This document shows positions 1 to 12,766 of a DNA stretch of 64,000 bases, in pieces. Origin of the DNA: Selaginella moellendorffii (Eukaryota > Plantae > Lycopodiophyta); contig NW_003314261.1 in assembly GCF_000143415.4 (NCBI RefSeq), positions 248,001-312,000 of the forward strand, written 5' to 3'. Positions within the stretch are counted from its first letter, which is position 1. Every line of letters starts with the position of its first letter. The translations under genes were made by a program, and so were the position numbers. The notes below the pieces were generated by a model. It was not told the origin of the DNA. It saw nothing but the letters and a program-made list of their open reading frames with translations, and did not search any database.

Positions 1-164
1 ACCCACTGCCACTACTGCTTGGAGGCGGCGATGGCGATGGCGCTGGCTCCTCCTCCCTGCTCCGCCCCAACACACACGGCCAGTAAAAAGAGATTACTTA
101 CCACTCCGTATCAGGAGTTTTGGACATGATGGCGCTCGTACGGCAACGCTACGAGGTGGCCCAT
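1..164 (-). CDS. Possible 5' end of a gene running off the left edge (transit-peptide-like N-terminus)
   Basis: ATG at 164 reads MGHLVALPYERHHVQKLLIRS, then a GTAAGT donor and CAG acceptor, and continues open as GRRSQRHRHRRLQAVVAVG to the window edge. No domain is visible. Confidence 0.3.
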
Positions 165-239
165 TTTCCCGGTCACGGGGCGCATACATTTTATCTTTGG
201 AGGGTTTTAGCTAGGATTCTTGGCTCTGGCTCTGGCGCC

Positions 240-1490
240 ATGGAGGAGGCCATGGAGCTACTGTCCCGGGAGGCGCGCGAGCTCTCGCTGGGCAGCCAGG
301 TGGAGCGCGTCGCAGCGCCCGTGTCTCCGCTGCGTTTCCTTCGCGATTTCGTCATGCCGGGTAAGCCGTGCATTGTAACGGGCGGCATCCAGCACTGGAG
401 CGCTCTCCGCAAGTGGTCCAACGATTATCTTCGCGCAGCGCTTGGGGATCAGCAGGTCAGCGTCCATTTCACTCCAGATGGCCGCGCAGACTCAATCGTC
501 GACGTGCGCGGCATGGAAATGCTACCAGATGCCGACGGCGGTGGCGACGGCGATCTGGATCCCATCGATGGCGACCAGGAAACGCTCATGTTCGTCAGCG
601 CTCACGTCCAGTCGATGCCTTTCGCCCAAGCTCTGGAAGCTGTTCTCGGCAAGAGAAGCAGTAGCAACGTAGCCTACCTCCAGCAGCAAAACGACTGCCT
701 GCGCACAGAGTACTCGCGGCTGATCGACGACGTGGAGGCCGACATCCCGTGGGCGACTCAAGCGCTGGGCTCACTGCCCGAGGCTGTCAATCTCTGGATT
801 GGCAACGAGAACTCCGTGACATCCTTCCACAAGGATCACTACGAGAACCTGTACGCTGTTGTGGCGGGGGAGAAGCACTTCACGCTGCTGCCACCCGTGG
901 ACGTCCACAGGCTCTACATCCGTGACTACCCCGCCGCAAGCTACGTGCCATCGCCGGTAAAATTCCTTGCTCGCTAGCTGATATATATATGCGTAACAGG
1001 CACAGCAGGAGGACGAGCGCAAGCTGGTGATGAGGAGCGATCGCCCGCGGAGAATGGTGCCGTGGGCGAGCGTGGATCCCGAGTGCCGCCATCAAGACAA
1101 GCACAAGTTTCCCAGGTACTTCAGCAGCGGAGGTGGCGAGCCGTTCCACTGCACAGTTGGAGCTGGAGAGATCCTTTATTTGTGAGCTCCTCCTCTCAAA
1201 ACAAACTCCATTGAATGATCTAACTGCGCTGCTCGCGTGTGTGTGTGTGCGTGTGTGTGTAGGCCCAGTATGTGGTTCCACCATGTCACTCAGCGGCCCG
1301 ACTCGGGAGGCAGGACAATCGCCATCAATTTCTGTAAGTCGTTTGTTAGCGCCGTGTCCCTCCTTTGCTTTTTCTTTATTTGGCTTGTTTTCTCTCTCCA
1401 GGGTACGACATGGCGTTCGATATCAGATACGCATACTTCAACTTCCTGGAATCCTGTGTCAACAAGAAGAAGAACACCACTATCGAGTGA
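240..1490 (+). CDS. JmjC/cupin-8 2-oxoglutarate dioxygenase, JMJD7/JMJ32-like (4 exons)
   Basis: Motifs YLQQQNDCL, AVNLWIG..SVTSFHKDHYENLY (HxD), GEILYL-PSMWFHHV (distal His) and IAINFW-YDMAFD. GT-AG introns start near 957, 1182 and 1335. Stop TGA at 1488-1490. Confidence 0.9.
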
Positions 1491-1513
1491 TATATATATA
1501 TATATATATATAT
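1490..1513. repeat. (AT)n microsatellite
   Basis: About 12 AT units directly after the JmjC stop codon. Confidence 0.9.
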
Positions 1514-1600
1514 CACTATCACTCACAGGTACCTTTTACTCGTGTCTAGGGCTGATAGATCAAAGCGGAGTTTTAGGGCTTTGTAGTGGAGCTGGGAGGA

Positions 1601-1958
1601 ATGCAGGCGGGAGAGGGCGCTCCAAGGCGCACAGGCGGCGGTGGGAGTCGCAGGAGAGTGGTGGTGAGCGATGACGACGATGGCGAGGGCGAATGCGTGA
1701 GTGGCAAGAGGAGTCGCAGGGCTGTCATTGATCCGGGGGACGAGGACGATGAGGAGGAGAGCGTGGCATTGAGGCCTAGAGCTGACGATGGCCTGGCGAT
1801 CGGCCTGGAGGAGGACGATGCGTCCATCCGGCTTCTGCAGGGAAGGCCCCAGGATGTGATCAAGCACACGCTGGGGAAATGCGAGAGGATCACTGCCAAG
1901 CTCCGGAGTGCGCTAACCGAGGCCGCGAAGCTCGTCTCTCATGTAAGTTTATTTGCTC

Positions 1959-1990
<32 letters not shown>

Positions 1991-4248
1991 TGCTCGAGAT
2001 TGATTCTTTCTACTCGCAGGCCGAGGTACAAGCAGCGTGCCAGATGGCTGGCTCCAACAAGGATCAAATGCTCTGCCCTTACCAAGTTGTGGGGGTTAAC
2101 TTCCTTCTTTTGCTCTATCGCAAGCGTCTAGGCGGAGGTGAGCACCGCTTTTCCTAGTACCAGTGCTGCTTCTCATCCTTTTTGCCCATCGCAGCGATCC
2201 TTGCCGACGAGATGGGCCTAGGAAAGACTGTGCAGGTAAGTAGGCAACTTTGGTCTCCCGGAAATACGCCAAACGTGATCGTGCTTGCAGGCAATTGCGT
2301 TTCTGGCGCTTATAAAGCACCTGGATGGCGACGCTGGTCCGCATCTCATCGTCACTCCCGCTTCGGTCCTAGAGAACTGGCAGCGGGAGCTCGAAAAGTG
2401 GTGCCCTGCCTTCACTGTCATTCCATTCCATGGTAACGAGCGCAGTGCCTTCAAAGACGAGCTCCTGTCTGCGGCGAGGTCCGACAAGCCACCCCCGTTT
2501 CACGTGTTCTTGACCGGCTATTCTCTCTTCGAGCGAAAGAGGTAGGCGGATACTTGGCTTGCTTTCTCCCACCAGTTTTCCATTTCGCCAGTGCAGCGTC
2601 CAAGGATGATCGCAGCATGCTGAGGAAGTGGAAGTGGAGCTGTATTGTCATGGACGAAGCGCATCTTCTCAAAGATCGCACGAGCTACAGGAACAGGAAC
2701 CTCAAGTCGCTAGCCCGGCGGGCTTGCCACCGCTTGATGATAACCGGGACCCCTTTGCAAAACGACCTCCAGGTGCGTTTGTGGATGTAACTTGCGCTGA
2801 GTCTCCGATTGTCTTTTTTCTCCCTCTCCAGGAGCTCTGGTCATTACTAGAATTCACAATGCCGGCCATCTTCACAAACTGCGAGTTCGATGCGATCCTG
2901 GACAACAGAAATGGGAGAAGGGTGTTGACTGCAGATAACATCGACCTTATCAAGCAGATCCAGGCCATACTTTCGCCATTTGTTTTACGTCGTGTGAAGG
3001 CCGCCGTGATGGATCAACTGACACCAAAACTTCAAAAGGTACGCGTACCTGATCCTATCTGGTGCAGTATTTCATCTTTTACGTTCTACCGTATGTCCAG
3101 GTGGAATCGGTTGACATGGTGGAAAGCCAAGATGTTGCATACAGGGAAGCGTTGGTGGAGTATCGACAGTCTTTTACGTCCTCGTGTCCCCAACGGCAGG
3201 TTTCGAGCATCTTCACGCAGCTTCGAAAGGTTTGGTTGAGTTTGTGTCCAAGTCAGGAGTGCGTGTGGCTTGCTGCAGCTGGCGAACCACCCGCTGCTCG
3301 TCCGACGAATCTACACGAATAATGACGTGGAGAAGCTGGCCAAGAGGTGCTTTCAGCATGGCATTTTTGGCAGTGAGTGTACACTGGAGCGCATCGTCGA
3401 GGAGCTCAGTAGTTACAATGACTATACGTTGCACAAGGTACCGACAAGCACCCATATAAAAATAAACTGTGTCTTGTGGTGTAGCTCTGCTGTACGCATG
3501 GGATGTTGGCGAGCCACTCCAAATTGCGTGACAAAGATGCCCTCGAATCTGCAAAATGCCAGGTGAAACCATGCCTTCTGTTATGTTTTGTGTGCCTAAC
3601 GAGTTTGTTGTTGCAGCTCCTGGTGAAGCTTCTCCCTCACTTGCAGAGCGCAGGTCACCGGCCTTTGATATTCAGCCAGTGGACAGGAATGCTGGATATC
3701 CTCGAGTGGGTGCTCCAGGTTATGAATCTCAGCTACAGGCGTCTGGACGGGAGGTACGTACCAAAGCTCTGCGTTGCAGTGAATGATCCATGATGCTAGC
3801 TGTTTTTCTCCTTGCAGCACTCAAGTTTGTGAGCGACAGAGCCTGGTGGACGATTTCAACAAGGAGCTCGACATATTTGCGTTCCTGCTCTCTACTCGAG
3901 CTGGTGGCCAGGGTCTCAATCTCACGGGCGCGGATACTGTCATCATCCACGACGTGGATTTCAACCCGCAGATGGACCGCCAAGCCGAGGACCGGTGCCA
4001 CCGAATTGGTCAGTCCAAGTCCGTGACAGTCTACAGGTATATGGTTTTATGGTGTGTTTGCAAGCTGCTTATGTTTTTCTTGGCTCAGGCTGGTGACCAA
4101 GTCGACGGTTGATGAGAACATATTTGGGATTGCGCAGCGCAAGCTCGTCTTGGATGCTGTTCTCGAGGGCGATGTGTCGTCGTCGTCGCCGTCCGCTGAT
4201 GAAGACGAGAGAACAATGGGACAGATATTATCGATGATATTGAGTTGA
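1601..4248 (+). CDS. CHR19: SNF2-family chromatin remodeler, SMARCAD1/Fun30/ETL1 (CHR19)-like, multi-exon
   Basis: [65 protein letters not shown] and [19 protein letters not shown] (typical of the SMARCAD1 clade). Confidence 0.9.
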
Positions 4249-4880
4249 TCGCTTCTTAAAATGTGTATAGACCTCGGAGGATTATTTGGAGGAACACAAA
4301 TGTGGTGCTCGGATTGACGCCGATATTATATGGCTTTGAGCCCTAAACCACGCACTTTGTAAAATTTATAATGAAAATTAAAAAAGATAAAAACAAACTT
4401 TTTGATTCGGAGTCAGGAGCCTGTTCCAACATCCACCGTGCGCGCACAGTATCAACTGGATCAGCCTGTTATCAGATTTTTGTACCCTTCATGCAACTAT
4501 AGAAATGCACCGGTACCATATGAGACGCGACTCCAGCTTGGACCTTCAGCACTGAGCCAGAAATTTCTTAAACCATGATCCATCTAATGGATCTAGTCGA
4601 TTTTATACACTAGAAATTAATGCTGTGTGGTTGACAAACCCCATAGCCCAACGCCTCTGAATCTCTCCTCGATTGCACTTGCAGGAACCAAAGTTACCAT
4701 GGTCCAAATCTTGCGTCCCACCACTTCGTGTTTTCTCGCATGTCAAGCCTAATTTTTCAAGCTTGTGTTCTTCGAAGTCAAACTGCACCAGATGGCAGCT
4801 CCAGCACCTGGAAGAGAATATATTGAAACAAAGAAAAGTAGAAGCTTTACAATCACACCTTTGACATGGCTTAGAGAAGG

Positions 4881-7612
4881 CTAAGCCTGCATAGACTTGA
4901 CCCGTGCCGCCAGCTCCCTTACCTGACTCCGCAGCCGATCAGGAGCACAGAAAAAGTTGACAAACACCTGCTTCTCCCTGCCAACCTCATGAGGGTGGTG
5001 TTTGACAATCTGCATGCAATGGATTAACGGTGAGACTTTCTAATCAGCCCGTACCTCTGCCTTCTCCCGGTGCTCGCGAGTCACTTCCTCTATTGCCAAG
5101 GAAAGCTGGGAATTCACCTTTTCCATGTCCGCCAGCTCTTTCATCAACGGCTGTTCGGCGGCGCAGCACGAAACTGAGTGTTAGTACGAGCAGAGCGGGC
5201 GGGTTTGCATACCCAAGGAGTTAGAATTGGTTGCGCAGTCGTCGATGACGCAAAGAGAAGCTGCTGCATTCTTCTGATGATGGTCAGGCTGCAACAAGCC
5301 GAGCAGTAGATTGAATATGGCACCTGTGATAGATTGTACTCACAGCTCGCTTATGCATTTCGCTTTGTCCTCAGTATTGTCAAGCTCCAGTTGTAGGGAT
5401 TGCAACTCTGCCTGCAAGTTGTTCACCTGCTGGACTAGACCTGGAACTGACACGTAGATTGGAATGGCTCCCTGTTCATCTGTAAGCCAGGCATGAGTCT
5501 CTTTCGCGTTTGCGGCGCATCCTTACATGTATATATGTTCAAGAGGTCTCTAACGCGATGCAGAAAAGTGTCGCGATCATCCACAGCGCCATGCTCTTGT
5601 GCTTCGGCACCCGCTTGCGACAATGACAGACACCGATCCTGAGAAACCACAAAAACAAGGGCCCGTCAAACAGGTCAGGAAATGTCATGCGCCATCTCAC
5701 AATGCGCCCGATGGTAGCCTGGGTGTACCCGTCGAGCTCTGACTCTATTGCCCTCAGCAGCTCAAATGCACCGTTCATAGATCTCCTCTCAAGATGGCAA
5801 GCGATCTCAAGGAAACGATGCCGAGCGAGTTGGCAGACCAAGTGGCTGATGAACTAGCAGGCACCCACCAAAATTCGTTAAAACAAGCGCGAGATCATCA
5901 ACTTGAAAGCTCAACCCGTTTCTGTTGCGACATGTAGTACTCCTGCCGCATGACCTTGAGGTCATAGTCTCCTGAAAACACATTGCCAGCACTGTTAGCC
6001 GCAGATAAAAAGTGTAGGTGATCACCTTGTAAAATATACGTGTCTTGAAGTTGCGCGAGTTCCCAGCACAGTGAAGGAACAGCCTGCGGCACAACATGAG
6101 TTACACGCGGTCTGGAAAACTCAAAGACTTGCCTCAGAAAGCAGCTTGTCCTCCTTCAAAACAAGTGGATGCAGCTCGCTTCCTACATCTGCATTCCTCC
6201 GCCTTCACTACTAGACTCGTCAACCGACGCAGCTGGAATGGAGAATGCCGCCTACCTTAAGGAATGAAGATCTGAATGGACATACGCTTGATCGGCGGAA
6301 GCCTGCAACTTGACTGTCGCAAGCACTGCCAGCTGCTTCGCCTTTTCAACTTGAGCGTCAATCCACTGTCTCTCGCTTATGCCGAAACTGTCCTATTCCA
6401 GAAAGAACAAGACAAGCAGTTACAGCAGAGCTAGCACGTAAGAAGTGACAACGTGCGTACATGGAGCGCAGGCGCTGCAGTTCCAAAACTCGCCTATGGT
6501 GGCTCTTCTCGGAGTCTCCTGAACACGAGGAGAGCCAGTCAGTCTGGAGAAAGCAAATGTGCCGGCCGTGTTTACCTTGCGTTACCAAATCATCAAGTGT
6601 CACCCACGAACATTTAGACTTTCCTTCTTCGGCTACTAACCGGGAGGGACCCTGTGACACGCGAGCATCGTTAAACCGGCGTGGTGCTCATGCACAAACT
6701 GTGCCTTACCACATCAAACTGCTTCACAAACCACTCGTTGAGCTGTTTGGTACAGGCTTGATCTTGAACCAAGAAATGACCCAAGTCGGCAAACGAAAGA
6801 AAGATCCCTTGCTCTGCAGCCGCCAAAAATCCCGTGCAAACGTAAGAAAACATAGAAAGAACAAGCAAAGCACCTTCCCCCGAGTGATAGTGCGCAAGCT
6901 CTCTAGCGGACGAGGCAAGCTTGTCAAGGACGGTGTTCATCTGCGAGTGAATTGTGGATGCCTAGCCAGCAGAGAGAAGACGAGAGAGAAAGTTACCTCT
7001 AAGTTGCGACTAGCCAGCTTCTCCTCGGCGACCATCATCTGGTTGCCTGCGGCGGATGCGACAGCAACTCTGGCTCTTCGCCCTTGCATGAGCGACGACG
7101 TGTAGGCAGTGAGCGAGTCCATGTGTGCTTGCAGAAGCTGGACCCTCCGCTGCAATGCGGAAGCCTCTTCTTTGAGGCAGTGCGTGCCTTCCCTGGGGAA
7201 AGAAAGCCGAGGGAGTCAAGAAAGAGGAAGCTGGATGGATTACCGGATCTCCTTGAGGGACTCCTCAGCACCCAAGACGGCCTCCTGTGTTGATCTCTTG
7301 CTCTCAAACGCGGAGATGCTGCCGTAGGCAAAATCCAGGTCCTCGCCCTGGAGTCGCGCACGCTGGATGGATGGCACGAGAAAAGAAGCGCAAGCTCACC
7401 TGGAGAAGCTTTCCTTGGCTGAGCAGCTGGGTGTAGTGATGGAGCTCGGGCACAGTGAGCACATTGGAGGTTCGCAGATTGGTACACAGCCAGTCGAGGA
7501 GTGGCCTCGTCTCTTCGTACTGGAAGGGCCACTCGTAGCTGTCTGGATCCAGCATTTGCCAGGAATCATAGCCGAGATCGGCCAGGAGCGTGCACAGCCT
7601 CGCCCCGCTCAT
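4881..7612 (-). CDS. AUG3: Augmin/HAUS complex subunit 3, multi-exon
   Basis: N-terminus [42 protein letters not shown] matches plant AUG3. Also [13 protein letters not shown] and C-terminus [29 protein letters not shown]. Confidence 0.88.
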
Positions 7613-7682
7613 TGCCGCGCACGCAAAAGCCCTAACACTCCAAATTTTTTAGGTCATCCACCGTTACCCAGGATCGCTCGCC

Positions 7683-9396
7683 ATGGGCAGCCATCCATCC
7701 AACAAGCTTGCCACCGATCAAGCCCACGTCTCTCCAAGTAGGAGCGCGCGCGCTCTCGTTCCCTCATTTCCAACTTTCCCACCTCTTTAATTCGCAGGGC
7801 TCGTCCTCAATGACTTTCTCTCTCCGAGGTCCAGCGTCTCAGCTCCTGCTCGAATGAATGCCTCGGTCTGCGATGGGTGAGTCGCCCCTGCGCATTCTCA
7901 TTTTTCCACTTGATCTGTGTGTTTGTGTGACCATCAGTAAAAAGGCCTGGAAGGTGTCGAGGCCATTGCCGGTGAGAAGGAAAGAGTTGATGCAAGACAG
8001 CCTTCGCAGCCGGTTCATGGAGGACAAGGTAAGCTATACGGTCATAGAAAACCTCTCAACGTTACCAGTGCCACTTCAGGCACGGAAGCTCCAGGATGCC
8101 AATGACGCAGATGAGATTTGGACCTACCATCGCTGCAGGGACTTCGAAGCCAAGGTGAAGGAGGCCGCCATCGCGATTCCTATTTCCGACTGTGGTGGCT
8201 GACAACCAACTAGCTTGACTTTGTGAAGTGTAGGATCCTTTGGAACGGCGCCTGCTAGAGCAAGGCATCACTCCTGTTTACGATCCAGCGCACAGGGACG
8301 TTCCGTGCTTCAGGCAACTCGTGCCCGACATCCTGGACTTTCGAGTATTTCTCAATGCTCCGGGCCCCAAGAGCGGTGGCCACTTCCAGTGCCACATATA
8401 CAGAAAGCACGAGCCTAACATGCTCTACTCAAGGTATTGCATCTACGCTCACTCTCTCCATATAACTTGTGCTGCTACCAGGTACAAGCTTTGCCTGGGC
8501 GAGAGGGACCGCTTTCTCTTGTCTGCCAGGAAGAGGAAAAAGAGCAGGACCAGCAACTATGCCATTTCTATAGACGAGAACGACATATCAAACAAGACAG
8601 GGAACTACTTTGGAAAGGTGGTGGAGCTCTTGTCCTCGCTCAGCTCATCTTGACAATGTGTCCTGTCTCGCAGCTACGTTCCAATTTTGTGAGGACCGAG
8701 TTTTTGGTTTATGACAAGGGCCAGCGCCCGTCATTTGAGCCTGGTAAATGGTTGGTCCTTGAGGCTTTCTAACACCTCGGCTGGCTGCTCGGGCTTTAAC
8801 GCGCGCTGGGTAACTTGACAGTTTGTCGTCCAAGAGCGTGAGAGTGGAGGTTGGCGGCGTGATTTACCGGAGAAATGTGTTTGGAAGAGGGCGCGGGAGG
8901 ATGACGGCCGTCATACCTGCATTGGCTGAGGACCTCAAGCCTTGTGTCTTCCAGCCGCTGACAAAGGGCTCAAGTACCATCCTTGACAGGTACAAGAGCG
9001 GTCGAGAGCTTGACAGGATGACGGTCTTGCACAACAAGTGCAACGTTGAAGAGCGCCACGGCCAGGCCTCGAAACGGAACTTTCAGGTTTGAGTGATTTT
9101 AATGTCTTATCTGCAGCTCTTCTTCTGTGGTGGCTCCAGCTGGTGGCAGAGAACGCGCGGAACTGCATTGCTCTCCAGTTCATAAAGGTGCTTTTATTAT
9201 TGTAATTTCTCTTGGTGCGCAGCATGACAATGTCATGGCACCCAGGTTGACAAGAATATCTACACAATGGACTACAGATATCCAATATCAGCATTTCAGG
9301 TAACTCCTGAAGCGAATTAAACTACATCCCCTTAACAATAACAATGTGTATGCGTAGGCTTTTGCGTTGTGCTTGTCCAGCCTCGACCACAAATGA
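7683..9396 (+). CDS. Tubby-domain protein without a recognisable F-box, multi-exon
   Basis: FLLSARKRKKSRTSNYAIS, YFGK-LRSNF, ASKRNFQ and [25 protein letters not shown]. The start at 7683 is inferred from a spliced open frame, MGSHPSNKL...RLVLNDFLSPRSS. Confidence 0.8.
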
Positions 9397-9411
9397 TAGA
9401 CGAGAGAAGAA

Positions 9412-11496
9412 TCAAAGGCGAGAGATTTGCAAGGGTCGCATGTCCTCGGCCGCCATTGCAGGTTGGAAGAGCTCCAGGCACTTGCCGCGCTCAACGAGGC
9501 CCTTGCGACACTCTGACGCCGCGAGTGCCCCAGTGGCGAAGGCACCGTGCACAGTGCCGGGAAAGCTCGCGCTAGTGGCTTCGCCGGCAAAGAAGAGTGT
9601 GTCCACCGGAGCCCGCAGCTGCTCATACAGTTCGTGTTGCTTCCCAACCATGTCGTAGGTATAGCAACCCAGAGAATTGATGTCGGACCCCCAGCGTGAT
9701 ACCAGGAACTTGACCTGCAATGCACACCCGGGTTCCGTCAACCTTGACAAACCACGAGGAATGAAACTACTTACAGGTTTGGCGGCATTTGGAAGGATTT
9801 TCTGCAACAGGCCGAATGCAAAGCTCGCAGCTTCCATATCCGACAGCTTCTCAATATCGTCCGCGAGGCGGCCAGCGGGCATGTACACGAGGACGGGATG
9901 GCCCGTTGGCTTGTGCAGATTCAAAAAGTAGCTGCAGCTGTACGTTGTGGAAGCAACCACGCCCAGAAACTCCACATTCGGCCAAAACACCACGTCAAAG
10001 CATAAAGCAATCTTGTTCTCATTGCCAAGTCCAAGGCCGGCAAAAGCTTCTTCCTTCCAAGCCGGCAGTCGCGGCTCGAAACGGATGATTTTGGCCTTCA
10101 AAACACCCGCGGGAACAGCCACAACTGCAGCGTCCGCCTCAAACACTTGGGAATCCTCGGTAACAATCTTCACTCCTTGACTGTGTCGAATCACTTGAAC
10201 GACTCTGTTGCATACCAAAACATAAGCAACCTGTGCGTGCGAATGGGGCTTAACTCACTCACCTATGGTTGAGCCGAATATCTATACCCTCCGCTAGATG
10301 TCGAACGACGGGGAAATACCCCCGGACCATGAGCCCGTGGCCCCCTTCAAGCAGCTCCTCCTGCGCACCAAAGTGTTCATAACTAAGCCCTCTGGGCCAA
10401 CAAACAACATACCTCGTCCCAACATCGCACAGATATCTGGTCAGCGTCCGCTCCAAACCAGCCTTCTAGCCTACATAGATACCACTCGAGTACTTTCCTG
10501 GCCAGGCCTTCTTGTCTACAATGCAGTTGTTAGTAGTCTATCACACCAATTCAGAAAATCGCCACTACCTTAACTCTGGATGCCTTTCCAGCACGACCGA
10601 GAATGCCTTGGACACAGAGATGTCCTCGGGAAATTCTTCTCTAATCTTTTTGGTCTGAAACAAAAACACGTCAGTCGCAGAAGCTGCAAGTCCCAAAAAC
10701 GCGTACCATCTCTAAAAGCGCTTCAAACGACTCGCCAACTCGAAAGACCAGCTCCGGTGGAACTTGGACCCCGTCCATATCAAACAGTGCATAGCTGGAG
10801 GAAAGGGAAAAGTTCAGTAAAGCTTGAGCAACGAAGCCAGCAACAAGATTTCAGGTTGGAGATATGGCGTAAGCAGGTGGAGATTTCACCTGTGAGAAAT
10901 GGTGGTTACTCGGGCTTGCTGCTAACCATAGCCACCAGCCACCATGCTCATGAGAATGCACCTACAGATGCAGCCTAAACACACACAAAGCAACGTGCCT
11001 TTCCAAGTCATGGTCATAGAGAACAGAGTTATCGCCGCTGGTGCGGTAAAGAGGCAGGCCCAAGCGCCCAATCACGGACGCCAGAGGATTGTCTTCGCTC
11101 ACGCCGTGTAGCCTGCAAACACGCAAAGGCAAGTTAAAATATCCGGGGCAAGAGATTGCTAGCGTTTACCAGGACGCGCCCATGTCAACTGGGAAACCGA
11201 ACGAATAGTCGGTGTGAACTCGGCCTCCAATCCGGCCACGCGATTCCAGAACCGTGACCTGCCAGCCCCCCCATTGAGCTCGGTGCTCTTGATTGACATA
11301 TAGGAAACCGACACCATACCTTAAACGAAGCCTTGTGCAGGGCCCTTGCGGCTGCGAGACCCGCGACTCCAGCCCCAACAACAATCACAGACGGCGGACC
11401 ATCATGGACGTGGCCTGCGCAGTCTCCAAGCGTAAGCAAGACTGATCCGGGAAAGCGATGACACATACCTCCTTTGTTTTGCGATGCTGGAGCCAT
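9412..11496 (-). CDS. PAO: Polyamine oxidase, peroxisomal PAO2/3/4 clade, multi-exon
   Basis: FAD motif [16 protein letters not shown], then [47 protein letters not shown] and FAGEAT. C-terminus PLQISRL* ends in the PTS1 SRL. Confidence 0.93.
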
Positions 11497-11772
11497 ATAG
11501 CAGTGCAAGGATCTGGCAGATGGACGAATCTAAGACACGGGCGCGCTGCCCTGTATTAACGGCTTGACTATCAAACACAAGTGAAGATACTTGAAAGGAA
11601 AGACGAGGAAGAGGAACATAAAGAAGACAGGATTGAAAGGAGTCATGCGGCAGGCGGCGCGCATCAAGCAGCAGCAGGCATACACACGCGCTCCCTCTCT
11701 CTCTCTCTCTCTCCGCCTCCTGGAGATTTACCACCAGCAGCCCTAAACCCCCTTTTGTAGGCACCCGTTAGC

Positions 11773-11803
11773 TGTCCACGTGTCAGTCGGCGGGTGGACA
11801 CGT
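11773..11803. promoter_or_regulatory. Paired ABRE/G-box motifs between the divergent PAO and DHNAT genes
   Basis: CCACGTGTC at 11776-11784 and GACACGT at 11797-11803, within a short TGTCCAC/GTGGACA inverted repeat. Confidence 0.4.
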
Positions 11804-12039
11804 CGACACCGTGTTGGAGCAACAAAGCCCTCGTCATGAAAATGCAAAGCTAGCTATAGGGCGCATCAAGTTCCTTACCTTTGCAAGCAACTATGATAAG
11901 AGAGGTCTTGTCTTCTGGAAGATGATGGAATGGAACCAAGGGTAGGTAGAATTTAAATAGTGGAATTGCCTTTATCCACATCATGTGGCAATTTTGTCAA
12001 ATTTGGGGCTAGACTCGTTGGTAGTGGATCGTTACAGCT

Positions 12040-12683
12040 ATGGAGGAATCGTCGTCGGACCAGCACATATCGGGCCTCGCCGTGCTCGACTACATTGGGT
12101 TCAAGCTCACGTCCGCGACACCCGAGGGCGTCCACGGCACCTTCGTCGTCTCCCGCAACTCGTGCCAGGTGAGCCACCGTCGTGAATCCATACTCACGCA
12201 GGCAGAGCGTTGTTGATCAGCCGTTTGGCGTGCTGCACGGCGGCGTCTCGGCCTTCATTGCCGAGGCCGTGGCGAGCATGGGTGCCCAGATTGCTTCCAA
12301 GTGGGAGCGCGTCGCGGGAATCGAGCTCAACATCAACCACCTGCGGGCGGTACCCCTGGGCCACCGGGTGACCGTCGACGCACTACCCCTTCTCGTCGGA
12401 CGCCGGATACAGGTGTGACACAAACCAACCAAATTTTCCTTTCTTTGCCTGCGTGATCATCATCATCATCTGTTCTGTATAACACTATGCCCAGGTCTGG
12501 GAGGTAAAACTATGGGCGCCACCGGCTTCTTCTTCTTCTTCTCCTTCGGATTCTTCTTCTGATCCTTCCTCCACCAATTCCTCAGTCATTGCGGTTTCCA
12601 GAGTGACGCTTGTGGTCGGTCTCCCAAACGCTTCCAAAGGGGCTCACTTCAAGGACGTTGTGGCGGCCAGAGCCAAGCTGTGA
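12040..12683 (+). CDS. DHNAT: Hotdog-fold thioesterase, 1,4-dihydroxy-2-naphthoyl-CoA thioesterase-like (3 exons)
   Basis: SCQ-PFGVLHGGVSAFIAEAVASMGA, RVAGIELNINHL and IQVWEVKLW. C-terminal AKL* is a PTS1. Confidence 0.88.
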
Positions 12684-12766
12684 AGAAGCTATGCCCAACT
12701 AGGCATAGAATGTCGATAGTGACGACAACAATGACGAACGAAAACGCTTATAGTTACCTCCAGGGG

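Noticed and set aside
120-239. ORF-track N-terminal extension of the JmjC gene
   Set aside because: Starts at TTG or an upstream ATG without homology. The ATG at 240 has good context and the family-like N-terminus.
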